A stretch of 63,173 nt of DNA, the filler included, from Chrysochromulina tobinii (taxonomy: Eukaryota): the NCBI GenBank assembly GCA_001275005.1. It is 9 parts of 9 records of this genome, joined end to end, with 100 filler letters (N's around TTAATTAATTAA, not from the genome) between each part and the next. Parts side by side here need not be neighbours in the genome. Positions count along the whole stretch, not along the records: positions 8,280 to 23,927 come from JWZX01000102.1; 8 more parts are not named here. The stretch is one strand, 5' to 3'. Of this stretch, positions 9,206-19,187 are shown piece after piece; the stretch's first letter is position 1; each line of letters begins with the position of its first letter. Made by a program: the position numbers and the translations under genes. The notes below the pieces were generated by a model, which was given only the letters and a program-made list of their open reading frames with translations, was not told the origin of the DNA and ran no database searches.

Positions 9206-11671
9206 ATGCGTGAAGGATATCTCTCGGTGATCCTTCATGCTCGCTCTGTTCTTCTGCTCGTCAAAGGAATCGAAGGAAAACCGTACTATAGAGATGTGAT
9301 TCCCAATGCATACAGCAGTGAATACGGCCAACAATTTTATGACAACGTGGGCCACAGGGGCGACTTCCGAAGCTCAGTGAGTGCTGCGGGCTTCGTGTGG
9401 ACGCTAGCCCTTTGTCAAGCTGACGATGACGGAGACGGCCAAAGCAACGGTCTTGAGGTGGGCGACCCTTGCTGTACGTGGGCTCAAGGCACTGTCGCCC
9501 AGTTCACCACCGACCTGAGCTATCCAGGCGAAGCAATCTCCAAGACGAGGAGACCGATGCCCACTTGTTGTACCCCGAGCTCGACGTCGCCCAATTGTAG
9601 ACCCCCCCCAGCCTCGCCCTCGCCGCCACCCCCATCCTTGTTGCCATCTTCGTTGCTCCTGTCGCCACCGCCAGGCATCGCTGCAGCGCTCCGGCCACCA
9701 TCGCCACCGTTACCCACAACCTCTCCTTCGCCCCTACCGCTATCCCCGCTCGTTCGGCCGCCCCCCTCGCCGCCGCCGCCTGAGCGCTGGGCTCCAGTAG
9801 ACGCCTCGCCAGCGCACGAGCCGCTGCGCCCACCGGCCGAGCTTCGATCTCGCGACGGCGAGCTCTCGATCTCACTTGAGCTCGGCCAGGTGCGCCTCGG
9901 CCTGGCAGGAAACCTGTCGCAGCTCATGGCTAGTTACAATGGGAGCCTCCCCGCGCCAACGCTGCGCCTCTCGCCCGGTGACAAACTCATCGTCCATCTG
10001 ACCAACGGCCTCGCGTCGGGCGCGACGAATCTCCACATGCACGGTCTTCATGTGTCGCCCAATGAGGACGACACCTTTGCACAGGTGGCGCCCGGAATGA
10101 GCCGGACGTACCTGTACACCCTGCCGAGCGATCATCACGCTGGCACGTTCTGGTACCATCCGCACTACCACCCCACCCAGACGGTGCAAGCTGGTGCGGG
10201 CGCCTTCGGCATGGTGATCGTCGACCCTCCCGCGGGCTCGCTGCCGGCCGAGCTTGCGGCCATGAGTGAGACCATCCTCGTGCTGCACCATTTGACGGAC
10301 TCGTCGTGTGCGGCCGCGGGCGGCAACAGCTTGTACGACTGCGCCTCCCGGAACGTGCCGGGTGCCATGGGCGCCATGGTCCTCGTCAACGGACGCCACG
10401 CCCCACGCATCGCCTCTGACGGCGGCTGGTCACGATGGCGGCTCCTCTTCAATGCCGTCAATGCAGTGCTGGAGCCACAGGTGCCGGTGGGGTGCGAGGC
10501 ACACCTACTTGCCAAGGATGGCCTCTATCTCCAGCCCGCCGCGCCGCGCCGCGTGAGCGCAGCGTACCTAGCGCCAGGCTCACGGGCAGATTGGCTCGTA
10601 GCATGCACGGCGGGGGTCCATGAGCTGAGTGCGACTCTCACCTGGGAGAGTGGCGCGACGGAGACGGTCCTACTCGCGCACGTGGACGCGAGTGCGAGCG
10701 CCTCAAGCCGTACCGGTAGCGCCTCGAGCCGTCGTCTCTTCGGAAGCTCCGCGTCTCACCCCACGCTCCCATTCCAACCCTTCGCCCCGCCCCGCCCTTG
10801 CTATCTCGCCGATCTCCAAAAATCGAACCCCACGCGTTCTCTGCCTGTCAGCCTCGAAGGCTACTCGATCAACGGGCGCTCGTACCACAGCATGGTGGGC
10901 GCCTTCGAATCGGTGCTCGATCTCGGTGAAGTGTACCAACTCGAGGTCACTGGCGCGCACGAGACGCACCCTCTCCACCTTCACACGAACGCCTTCCAAA
11001 TCGTTTCGCTGCCGGCGGCCGTTGCGGCACATCGCTCGGGACACTTCGCCGTGGGCGATTGGCACGATACGCTCGTCACTCCAACCATTCCGACGACCGG
11101 TCGATCCACCGACCGTATCCTCGTTCGCTTCGTCACGGATCGATTCGGCGGCCGCGTGCCTCTGCACTGCCACGGCCTCAACCATGCAGACATGGGGATG
11201 ATGTCCGTGTACTATGTCCGCGGCGCCGAGGGCACGAGTGTCCCGGGCTGCGCCGTAAGAGGGGCAGCGGCACTAGACACAGCCTGGGTGGCGCCCTCTG
11301 CGAACGCTGCGGATGGAGTCCAGGGTGTACTTGGTGCGCCCATCTCGGCGCACATCGGTGCCACGAGCCTGACGCTCACCAGCGTGTTCGTCGGCGGCGT
11401 GCTCGTCGTCTGCCTTGCACTGTGCCTCTGGCGTTGTCGTAGCCAGCGTGCCCTGAAGCTTGCCGTCGCGGGCAGCTCCTCGGGAAGCGTCGGGACGGGC
11501 TCTCGTCGATTCAATCAAGATTGGCATGCCGCCCAGGGCAAGTCGAGCGACGACGAGTTCCCCGACGACGAGTCCTGCGCATCTACCGATTCTCTTCTCA
11601 TCCCCACCGCCTCCTATATGTTTCTCCGAAGCATATACGTGTCCGCCTTCAACGTACCACCTATTCGCTGA
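9206..11671 (+). CDS. Membrane-anchored multicopper oxidase with an N-terminal temptin-like domain and a Pro-rich linker
   Basis: Copper-ligand motifs HMHG, WYHPHYH, HPLHLH and HCHGLNHADMGM. N-terminal WT..LC..DDDGDGQSNGLEVGDPCCTW. Hydrophobic N-terminus and a C-terminal TM helix. Confidence 0.85.
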   Translation: MREGYLSVILHARSVLLLVKGIEGKPYYRDVIPNAYSSEYGQQFYDNVGHRGDFRSSVSAAGFVWTLALCQADDDGDGQSNGLEVGDPCCTWAQGTVAQFTTDLSYPGEAISKTRRPMPTCCTPSSTSPNCRPPPASPSPPPPSLLPSSLLLSPPPGIAAALRPPSPPLPTTSPSPLPLSPLVRPPPSPPPPERWAPVDASPAHEPLRPPAELRSRDGELSISLELGQVRLGLAGNLSQLMASYNGSLPAPTLRLSPGDKLIVHLTNGLASGATNLHMHGLHVSPNEDDTFAQVAPGMSRTYLYTLPSDHHAGTFWYHPHYHPTQTVQAGAGAFGMVIVDPPAGSLPAELAAMSETILVLHHLTDSSCAAAGGNSLYDCASRNVPGAMGAMVLVNGRHAPRIASDGGWSRWRLLFNAVNAVLEPQVPVGCEAHLLAKDGLYLQPAAPRRVSAAYLAPGSRADWLVACTAGVHELSATLTWESGATETVLLAHVDASASASSRTGSASSRRLFGSSASHPTLPFQPFAPPRPCYLADLQKSNPTRSLPVSLEGYSINGRSYHSMVGAFESVLDLGEVYQLEVTGAHETHPLHLHTNAFQIVSLPAAVAAHRSGHFAVGDWHDTLVTPTIPTTGRSTDRILVRFVTDRFGGRVPLHCHGLNHADMGMMSVYYVRGAEGTSVPGCAVRGAAALDTAWVAPSANAADGVQGVLGAPISAHIGATSLTLTSVFVGGVLVVCLALCLWRCRSQRALKLAVAGSSSGSVGTGSRRFNQDWHAAQGKSSDDEFPDDESCASTDSLLIPTASYMFLRSIYVSAFNVPPIR

Positions 11672-12018
11672 GCATCTGTGTGTCTTTCGGTGGCATCGGA
11701 CTGATTCGGCCGGGCAGTTAGCTACCCATTTCGCATTTGGGCGCGGGGAGGTGTATACACACTGGTTTGACCGGCGCCCGGTTTGGGACCCATATTCACC
11801 AATGCCATATCACGGTCGTTAGTAATTTTTGTGTTATCATTCGTATGGAGTGGGCAGTGGCGAGTGCGTCCACGACGCGAACGCCATATGATTGCTAAAG
11901 ATGTGCGCGTTTCACTTGTCGAGTCGATACAAAGCGGATCTACGCACGTTTGGGTGCGAGCTGTGCGACGTGCCGCCTATACGTACGGTATGTGAGGGAG
12001 GACCCAACCCGTAGTCAA

Positions 12019-13803
12019 TCACATGCCGAGAAACTGGCCCCACGCGTGCGCGCGTGCCTCGGCCCCGTGGTCGTCGACCCACGAGCAGATACCATACGAG
12101 GCAAAGAGCTCGTGCCCGTCCTCAATGTCACGGATCGCCACGACCGCCAATGCGCACCCGCAGATGGGTAGGAAGATGCAGTTGCACCCGGCGACCGATG
12201 CGGCGACGTACGCGTTCTCGTCAGCTGCGGTCGGGTCCGCACAGAGCGACGCGGCATCATTGATAAGGTGGCCGCACGCGGCGGGTGTGTGCTCTCTCTG
12301 CGGATCGGCAGCGATCGAAATAGGCGAGCCGTCGACCTGTGCGAGGTAACTCACCAAGCGCCTGCGCGCCTCCCGGCCCACAGGCTGCAAGAACGCCGCG
12401 CCCTGCTCCGGCACCGTCCAGAGGAAGACGTGGCCAGCGTCGTCGCCCGCCTTGCCGCCCGCCTTGCCGCCCGCCTTGCCGCCCGCCTTGCCGCCCGCCT
12501 TGCCGCCCGCCTTGCCGCCGCGGGTAGGCTTGTGGTGGTCATCGGGCTCATCGTCCTCGCCAGGTGGGTTCCCATCGGCACGAAGGAGGATGGCATGGCA
12601 TGGGTACATGGTGACCAGCTCGTTGCGCGCGATCCGTCCGTGCGCAAAGACGCCATCGCCAGCGTTCGGGATGGAAGAAGGGAGCACCCGTACCCGTTCG
12701 AGGTTCGCCGGGCGCAGGCTCTGAGCAAGCAGCGCTGCCTTGACGAACGTGACGAAGCTCAGCGTCGCGGGCACCTTGGACACCCAGGTCAGGCACTCGG
12801 CGGAGAGGGTCGCCGGCTCCGGTGCAGCCAGCACCTCGTGCACAATCGCCGTCATCACCTCGCTAAGTGCAACCAATGACGTACCCACGACCTCGCCTCC
12901 CCACACGGATGTGCGCGCTCGCACGGCGCCCAGGACCTTGTCGGGGATGGCGCTCCACGACGGCGTGCCTGGCGCGAGGGCCTCCTCCGCACCCTCGCTC
13001 GTAGCCGGGAACAGCACATCGTCGAGGCCGTGACCCTCGACGACGCCCTCGCAGCCGGCCCACTCGACGTTCGCGTACTCGCGGTAGGCCGCGCTCAGCT
13101 GCGCACGCGCCGCGACGCCAGCAGGCGTGCCGTCGCCTGCGAGCATCTCGAGGAGCTCAGCGGCGATCTCGACGGCACGCTGAGGGGACCCAACCGCCGA
13201 GGCCATCGCAATCGCCTCGAGGCCGGCGACGACGCACCTGTCCACCAGTGCCGCACGCTCGGCGGCTCGAATGGCAACGTTATCCTGATGCGCCGCTCGC
13301 AGCAGCGCCTTTGCCAGCGTGGAGGAGGCCGCAGCGGCCTCGATAGACGGCTCGTTACGCATGACACGCTGGATCTCGCGCGCGCGCGCGAGCTCCTCGG
13401 CTGCCTTCGAGAGCTGCTCATCAGCCTCTAGCACCTCCACTTTTGCTATCAGCGCCGGTAGCATCTCCAAGCACGCTTCGCCGTGGATGCTCGCGATCAT
13501 GGCGATGAGCTCGTCGAGGCAGACTAATGCCTTACGAAAGCGACGAAGTTTGCCGAGCACCACTGCTAGCTGCAGCACCGCGTCCATGTGTGCAGGCGAG
13601 GTTGGGATCGCATCGCTAGCCAGGCGCAGGGCAGCAGACGCCGCCTCGCGAGCTGCATCGAAGTGACCCAGCCGGCAGCACTGTTTCGATCGGCTGATTG
13701 CACGGCGCACGCGAGTCGATGGCCTCAGGTAGAAGATCGCGTACCCGGCGATGGCGAGCGCTGTTGCGCCGAACATCGCACCGAAAGTGTGCCGCATTCG
13801 CAT
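12019..13803 (-). CDS. TPR-like helical repeat plus SET-domain protein with an N-terminal hydrophobic anchor
   Basis: SET motifs PSSIPNAGDGVFA...I..NELVTMYP, GHLIND and AIRDIEDGHELFASYG..W. Internal 12-bp AGGK tandem repeat at about 12446-12520. Confidence 0.7.
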   Translation of the reverse strand: MRMRHTFGAMFGATALAIAGYAIFYLRPSTRVRRAISRSKQCCRLGHFDAAREAASAALRLASDAIPTSPAHMDAVLQLAVVLGKLRRFRKALVCLDELIAMIASIHGEACLEMLPALIAKVEVLEADEQLSKAAEELARAREIQRVMRNEPSIEAAAASSTLAKALLRAAHQDNVAIRAAERAALVDRCVVAGLEAIAMASAVGSPQRAVEIAAELLEMLAGDGTPAGVAARAQLSAAYREYANVEWAGCEGVVEGHGLDDVLFPATSEGAEEALAPGTPSWSAIPDKVLGAVRARTSVWGGEVVGTSLVALSEVMTAIVHEVLAAPEPATLSAECLTWVSKVPATLSFVTFVKAALLAQSLRPANLERVRVLPSSIPNAGDGVFAHGRIARNELVTMYPCHAILLRADGNPPGEDDEPDDHHKPTRGGKAGGKAGGKAGGKAGGKAGGKAGDDAGHVFLWTVPEQGAAFLQPVGREARRRLVSYLAQVDGSPISIAADPQREHTPAACGHLINDAASLCADPTAADENAYVAASVAGCNCIFLPICGCALAVVAIRDIEDGHELFASYGICSWVDDHGAEARAHAWGQFLGM

Positions 13804-14719
13804 TTCGTTAGTACTGTAAAACACCGTGAACGTTAACACGACTCCATGGCCGACATGGGATATTAGACTCACGGATCACACAGACGAACCTCACAACGCA
13901 AACCGACTCACCGCACACCGGACGCAAACAATGTACGGTATCCATACCGTATCCGGATAGTCCGGTATACCGTACGCGCCTTGTACAAATAGTACAAATG
14001 TACAATAGACGCTATATCAATTCATTCAATGCAGCACCAAGATGGGCATTACTTAACAAGTTTGGGGTTGATTTTAGGATATCCGACGTCGCTCGTCGGG
14101 GGGCGAAACCTTCCGCGACAACGAAGATTTATCTATCGTGTTAGCGCACTAGCTTTCTGGACGTCCTACTCTCCGTATTCATAGCTCGAAGAGCGCTCCG
14201 CGCTCTTTCTCTTTCACACTGGAAGTTCACACTTCAACTTCCTCAAGAAAATATCAACGCGTCAAGCGCTCTGCGCTTCGCCTTTCCGCGGTCGCCGTCA
14301 GGCTGCTGCGCTGATATCTTATCTTTTACCATTGACTCTGTCACTGGTCAGGCCCATCACCTACTTCAACGAGATATCACGAGATATGCTACACACGGTC
14401 AACGGGCGACCACAAAGTTAGTCGGGCATCACACTTCGTTAGAAAAGCGTCAGTTGAATCGCGTATTGAATCGACTATGTTCGGCTCACGCAAGTCGCAA
14501 CGACCAGACGCACTACAAGCCCACTTGACTAAATACATGTAGCCCACGCAGCACGCACAACCACACGTCCCGTGATGGTGCATACCGGTAACACCGGGGA
14601 CGTCGAGAATTCGTCAGATTCTTGAATCGAGGATGCGCCGTTCGCGAGTGAACGCCGTCACATTTTTGGACCTACAGTACCGTGTGCGGGTGCGCGTCGG
14701 ACAGCGTAGGAGCCGTCCC

Positions 14720-16333
14720 ATGTGCAATGCTCCCGCCACGAGCATTGGCAAGAAGCCACCCCTGGGAGAACGGATCTTCACGTACGTCATGACTGAGTAC
14801 CGCTCGCTTATTGTCGTCCTTTTTGCGCTGCCGCTCTCGATGATGTGGGACTTCCTGCTCTACCTGCGTTGGCAGTGGGCGGCCTACACGAAGGTGCCAG
14901 TGCTCCACGCGACGCGTGTGGAGCGCGTCGTGGAACAGATCAAGGCGCGCCCGAAGGGCATGCGCATGTGCACTGGGCGCCCGGGCTGGCAATGCATGTC
15001 GCTCTCTTACCGCAACTACAAGAGCAGCATGCATCAGATCGACGCTGTCGTCGACATGATCGACATTGTGTCACTGGACCTCAAGTCAGACAATATGTCC
15101 ATTACGGTCGAGCCACTCGTCACGACCGGGCAGCTTACGGGTGCGCTGCTCCATCTCGGCTACACTCTGCCGGTGGTGCCAGAGATGGACGACCTCACGG
15201 TGGGTGGGCTTGTGAATGGAACGGGCATCGAATCCTCCTCCCATTTGGAAGGCCTGTTCCACGAGCAGTGCCTGGCATACGAGGTTTGCTTGGCAGACGG
15301 CACTGTGGTCAACGCGACGCCCGACAACGAGTACTCCGATCTTTTCCACGCCATCCCATGGTCCTATGGGACCCTAGGCATGCTGCTGTCCGTCAAAATT
15401 CGCGTCGTCCCGTGCAAGAAGTACGTGCAGGTGACGTACACGCCGCATCGGGATCGGACGGCTGGCGTGGCTCACTTCGCCAAGCTCGCTGGAGCTGGCA
15501 AGGCCGCCCCCAGCTTTGTCGAGGCGCTCGCATTCTCGCCCACCGAGCTCGTCGTGATGGCTGGCGAGATGGTCGACGAGGCGCCCACGGGCGTCAACCA
15601 CCTGGGTCACTGGTACAAGCCCTGGTTCTACAAGCACTGCGAGAGCAAGCTGCACGATGGCAAGCCTAGCGTCGAGTACATTCCGCTGCGCGACTACTAT
15701 CACCGGCATACCAAGTCCATGTTCTGGGAGATGGAGCTCTTCCTGCCAGTGGGCAACCACCCAATTGCGCGCGTGCTGCTCGGATGGCTGCTGCCGCCCA
15801 AGGTGTCCTTCATGAAGCTCACGCAGACAGAGATGACACGCAAGCTGATGGAGGAGACGCATCTGGCGCAGGACTTCATGTTCCCCATGGATACACTCGA
15901 GGAGTGCATCGCCCTCTCCGATGACCTCTTTGACAGGTTTTACCCGCTGTGGCTCTGCCCCCACGTCCACCGACCGATGCCCGGCACCATCATGCCCGAT
16001 CCCGTCCGCCCCGGGCCCGACGGCTCGCAGATGTACGTGGACCTTGGTGTCTACGGGCTGCCCACGTGCGTCAAGGAGCGCCCCACCTGCCACGGATTCG
16101 ACATGATCAAGTCGATGCGCACATTCGAGGCCAGGATGCGCCAAATTGGAGGCGTCGAGATGCTGTACGCCGACATCTTCTGCACCAAGGAGGAGTTCGA
16201 GTCCATGTACCCGCACAAGGGCTACCGTGAGCTGCGCGCCAAGTACGGAGCCGTGGGCGCGTTCCCCGAGGTTTATGACAAGATCAACAACCCCGACAAG
16301 AAGGCGAAGGCGACGGTCACCAAGTCCAAGTGA
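14720..16333 (+). CDS. DHCR24: Delta(24)-sterol reductase (DHCR24/DWF1), FAD-dependent
   Basis: MCTGRPGW, VEPLVTTGQL, PVVPEMDDLTVGGLVNGTGIESSSH..GLF, DLFHAIPWSYGTLG, YYHRHTKSMFWE, AFPEVYDK. Confidence 0.93.
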   Translation: MCNAPATSIGKKPPLGERIFTYVMTEYRSLIVVLFALPLSMMWDFLLYLRWQWAAYTKVPVLHATRVERVVEQIKARPKGMRMCTGRPGWQCMSLSYRNYKSSMHQIDAVVDMIDIVSLDLKSDNMSITVEPLVTTGQLTGALLHLGYTLPVVPEMDDLTVGGLVNGTGIESSSHLEGLFHEQCLAYEVCLADGTVVNATPDNEYSDLFHAIPWSYGTLGMLLSVKIRVVPCKKYVQVTYTPHRDRTAGVAHFAKLAGAGKAAPSFVEALAFSPTELVVMAGEMVDEAPTGVNHLGHWYKPWFYKHCESKLHDGKPSVEYIPLRDYYHRHTKSMFWEMELFLPVGNHPIARVLLGWLLPPKVSFMKLTQTEMTRKLMEETHLAQDFMFPMDTLEECIALSDDLFDRFYPLWLCPHVHRPMPGTIMPDPVRPGPDGSQMYVDLGVYGLPTCVKERPTCHGFDMIKSMRTFEARMRQIGGVEMLYADIFCTKEEFESMYPHKGYRELRAKYGAVGAFPEVYDKINNPDKKAKATVTKSK

Positions 16334-17004
16334 GCCGGCTGCGATGGCAATGCTAGCACCGCATGTGTATGTGTGATGCGTCCGGGTGTTCTGTCCACTC
16401 TCAGTCTGTCGACGCGAGGTTGACGCATCGACGGTCTCGGGTCTCCATAGGCTGAAAGAGTAGGGGGGTCGCGTTCTATCGTGGGGGGCTGGGGGGGTGT
16501 CCTCGCCGGGGCGCGGCGCGCGCGCACGCGCGCGCGCAGATGATAATGAAAAACACAATCTGACGAGGTGACGTGCACGTCGGCGGGTTGCCGGGTTCGT
16601 CCTCGGACCTCGGACGCCATCGGTGCGGACGATGTTCATGTTGCGGGTATCGCTATCGGCCAGAATATATTTTCCGGTGAGTGGCCCGTGAGTTCCACAG
16701 TCTACTACCGGTACAGTTACGTATCCCGGCTCCCCCGGTGTCTTTTTACCGGTACAGTAACAGGGCCATACTTCCTCTGAACAATACGGCACACAGTACC
16801 GCTGTACCGGTAAACAGCGGAACAGTACAGTACATACTGCGCGTTGTTGAGCAGCAGCAGCTAAGCAGCAGCAGCTAAGCAGCAGCACTGTCCGTAAGCG
16901 CGCGGGCTCCCTCGCCGCCGCCGCATGCCCAGTTCAGGATCGCTTTCGCGTGCGCTTGCTCAGGTACGGTTCCTCGGTGTGCTCAGAGGGTCAGAACGGA
17001 AACT

Positions 17005-18870
17005 ATGATCTCGTGCAGAGCCGACCAATGCCCTACCCTTCAGGGTCAGATGGATGTCTCGAAGATGTGCTCGCCAGCAGGGCTGAAGCCTCAGGCCGAC
17101 GAGATGAACAAGCCACTGACGGGAAACCATGGCATGGTCCATGCATGCGGCCAGCAGAATCAATGCACTCCAGGCGTCCAGAGGTCATGCATGGCCGACT
17201 ACAAAGGTGGCAAAACAGTGCTCATCACGAGCACGCGCACTTCGAGCCTGCTTAAATCCGCCATCAGGTCCGTTGAACCTTTGGCGGCGACGACACCTGC
17301 AGACCCTGCAGACCGTCCGCTCGATCTGCCGCTGTGGATCTATCACGAGGAGTCACATGATAGGCAGCCGTTGCCTGGCGCTATCCGTGAGTGGGCAAAT
17401 GCCAAGCACGTCTGCCTTGTCGACCTCTTCCATGTGGTCCCAGAGCTCCACCACTGGCTGCACTCCAACGCATCGTGCATCGATGCCTTCTACAAGATCG
17501 CGGGCCATTCTGAGCCGTTCGAGAAAACTTTGGTTTTCAAGTCGGCTAAAGTCCTTGTGCGCAAGACTGCCGCGATCTTCCACGCCGTCCATTCTCTGCC
17601 AAACAAGGCGACCGTCTTATGGGTGGACTTTGACGTGGCTCCATCGGCTGAGGCGGCGCTGGACTGGACTGTCTTTTGGAACTTCGTACAGCAGCATGAC
17701 GTCTCCTACCTGCCATTCGTGCACGCCGTGAGAACGGTATCAGCAGTCCTGAGTGGAGCTTCGTTCCCTCCTCACGGGGGGCCGCTGCCAAACACAACCA
17801 GGTGCACTGACCCGGGACGCGACGTTGACAAAGCGGCGCTCGGCAGCACGATGTGGGTAGTCGACACGGGCGTGCTTGCACTGGTTGTCAGCGACGTTAC
17901 GCGCGAGCTCGCTGCGCTCGTCCTTAGACATTACGACTCAACGGCTTCCGAGCTTGCTTCGAAGTGCTTGTGCCAGCTTCAGAGCTCAGCCAACGAGGCT
18001 GCGCTGCTCAGCGTCGACAGCGATGCCGATGGGCCGCAGAATGAGACTGCTTGCTCCAACTACAGAGGTTACGCAGTGGACGTCAAGCCAAACAAGTGGT
18101 GCAAGGACCGTATCAATTATTGCCGTCACGAATACATCGCCAAACGCTGCCGAGCCACGTGCAAGACGTGCAAGAGCACGCGTGAGCTGAAGATTCGTCG
18201 CTCCCAGGAGGGGTGCGCGCAAGTGCGGCGGTCCCTGTACCTCGACGACCTCTTTGTGTGGACATTGTACTTGCAAGCCGACCTATCACCGGCCGAATCG
18301 ATGCCAGTCCTGCCTCGCCTACGCTCACCGCTTTCCCATGGCTGGTTTGCAGTCGGTAACAGGAGTCAGATGCTGTCGCAGAAACAGAGAGATGTGCACC
18401 AGAGGATGGGGAAGCTTTGCCCCACCGCGCTGGACCGCCACCACTGGCGGTGCTTTGAATGTGCAAGTACAAGTCCATTATCGGTGTGCAAGTCCTCCTT
18501 CTTCATGTCCACCGAGTGTCCGGGCGCCTCGAGCTTCACCTCGCCGTTCAACACCTTCACGTACTTCCAACATAAGATCAATCAAGGCGCTGGTGACTAC
18601 ACGGCCCGGGCAGCGGCCTGGCAGCGTACGACTCGCAATGCAAGCGCGGCCACTCGCAATTCAAGCGCGGCAATGAACATGTACCTGAGAAACGGCTGCA
18701 TTTGTAGACGTTGCACCATGCCCCCCCGCCGCCCGTCGCCGGTGCGTACGAATATATCCGATCCGTACAAGCCTAGCCCAACCGGGGCAACTGCTACTCA
18801 GCGTACCGCACGGCACGTTCCGAACAAGACAGAGCTGCAAGCGAAGAGCAGTCCGGCTCGAGTTCACTGA
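17005..18870 (+). CDS. Uncharacterised protein with a glycosyltransferase-like DxD region and an ShK-like Cys motif
   Basis: 621-aa ORF containing RKTAAIFHA..VLWVDFDV and WCKDRINYCRHEYIAKRCRATCKTC. Start uncertain. Confidence 0.5.
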   Translation: MISCRADQCPTLQGQMDVSKMCSPAGLKPQADEMNKPLTGNHGMVHACGQQNQCTPGVQRSCMADYKGGKTVLITSTRTSSLLKSAIRSVEPLAATTPADPADRPLDLPLWIYHEESHDRQPLPGAIREWANAKHVCLVDLFHVVPELHHWLHSNASCIDAFYKIAGHSEPFEKTLVFKSAKVLVRKTAAIFHAVHSLPNKATVLWVDFDVAPSAEAALDWTVFWNFVQQHDVSYLPFVHAVRTVSAVLSGASFPPHGGPLPNTTRCTDPGRDVDKAALGSTMWVVDTGVLALVVSDVTRELAALVLRHYDSTASELASKCLCQLQSSANEAALLSVDSDADGPQNETACSNYRGYAVDVKPNKWCKDRINYCRHEYIAKRCRATCKTCKSTRELKIRRSQEGCAQVRRSLYLDDLFVWTLYLQADLSPAESMPVLPRLRSPLSHGWFAVGNRSQMLSQKQRDVHQRMGKLCPTALDRHHWRCFECASTSPLSVCKSSFFMSTECPGASSFTSPFNTFTYFQHKINQGAGDYTARAAAWQRTTRNASAATRNSSAAMNMYLRNGCICRRCTMPPRRPSPVRTNISDPYKPSPTGATATQRTARHVPNKTELQAKSSPARVH

Positions 18871-19187
18871 AAGGTCTGAGCCGCCCCTGCGCGCGTTGCC
18901 GTTGGCCCTAGCGGCTGTAGCCGGGCCGTAGCGCAACAATGTCGCATAGAGATAGTCTAGTGGTCGTGTTATATATTTTCGTTTTCAGAGCGTCTCCACA
19001 TGAGGATGGAGGAACGTGTTAGGTATTACCGTACATCCGATCAACTCGACGTCGTCAGCGTCTACTCTGAACATAGTTTATCTTTTCCCGATAGAATTCA
19101 AGTATTCAACATGAATACGCCGCGCATGTGCCGAATCGAATCATCCTATTCTGCTGCGGCGTTCTTGCTCCTTGCTTCGTTGGAGTC

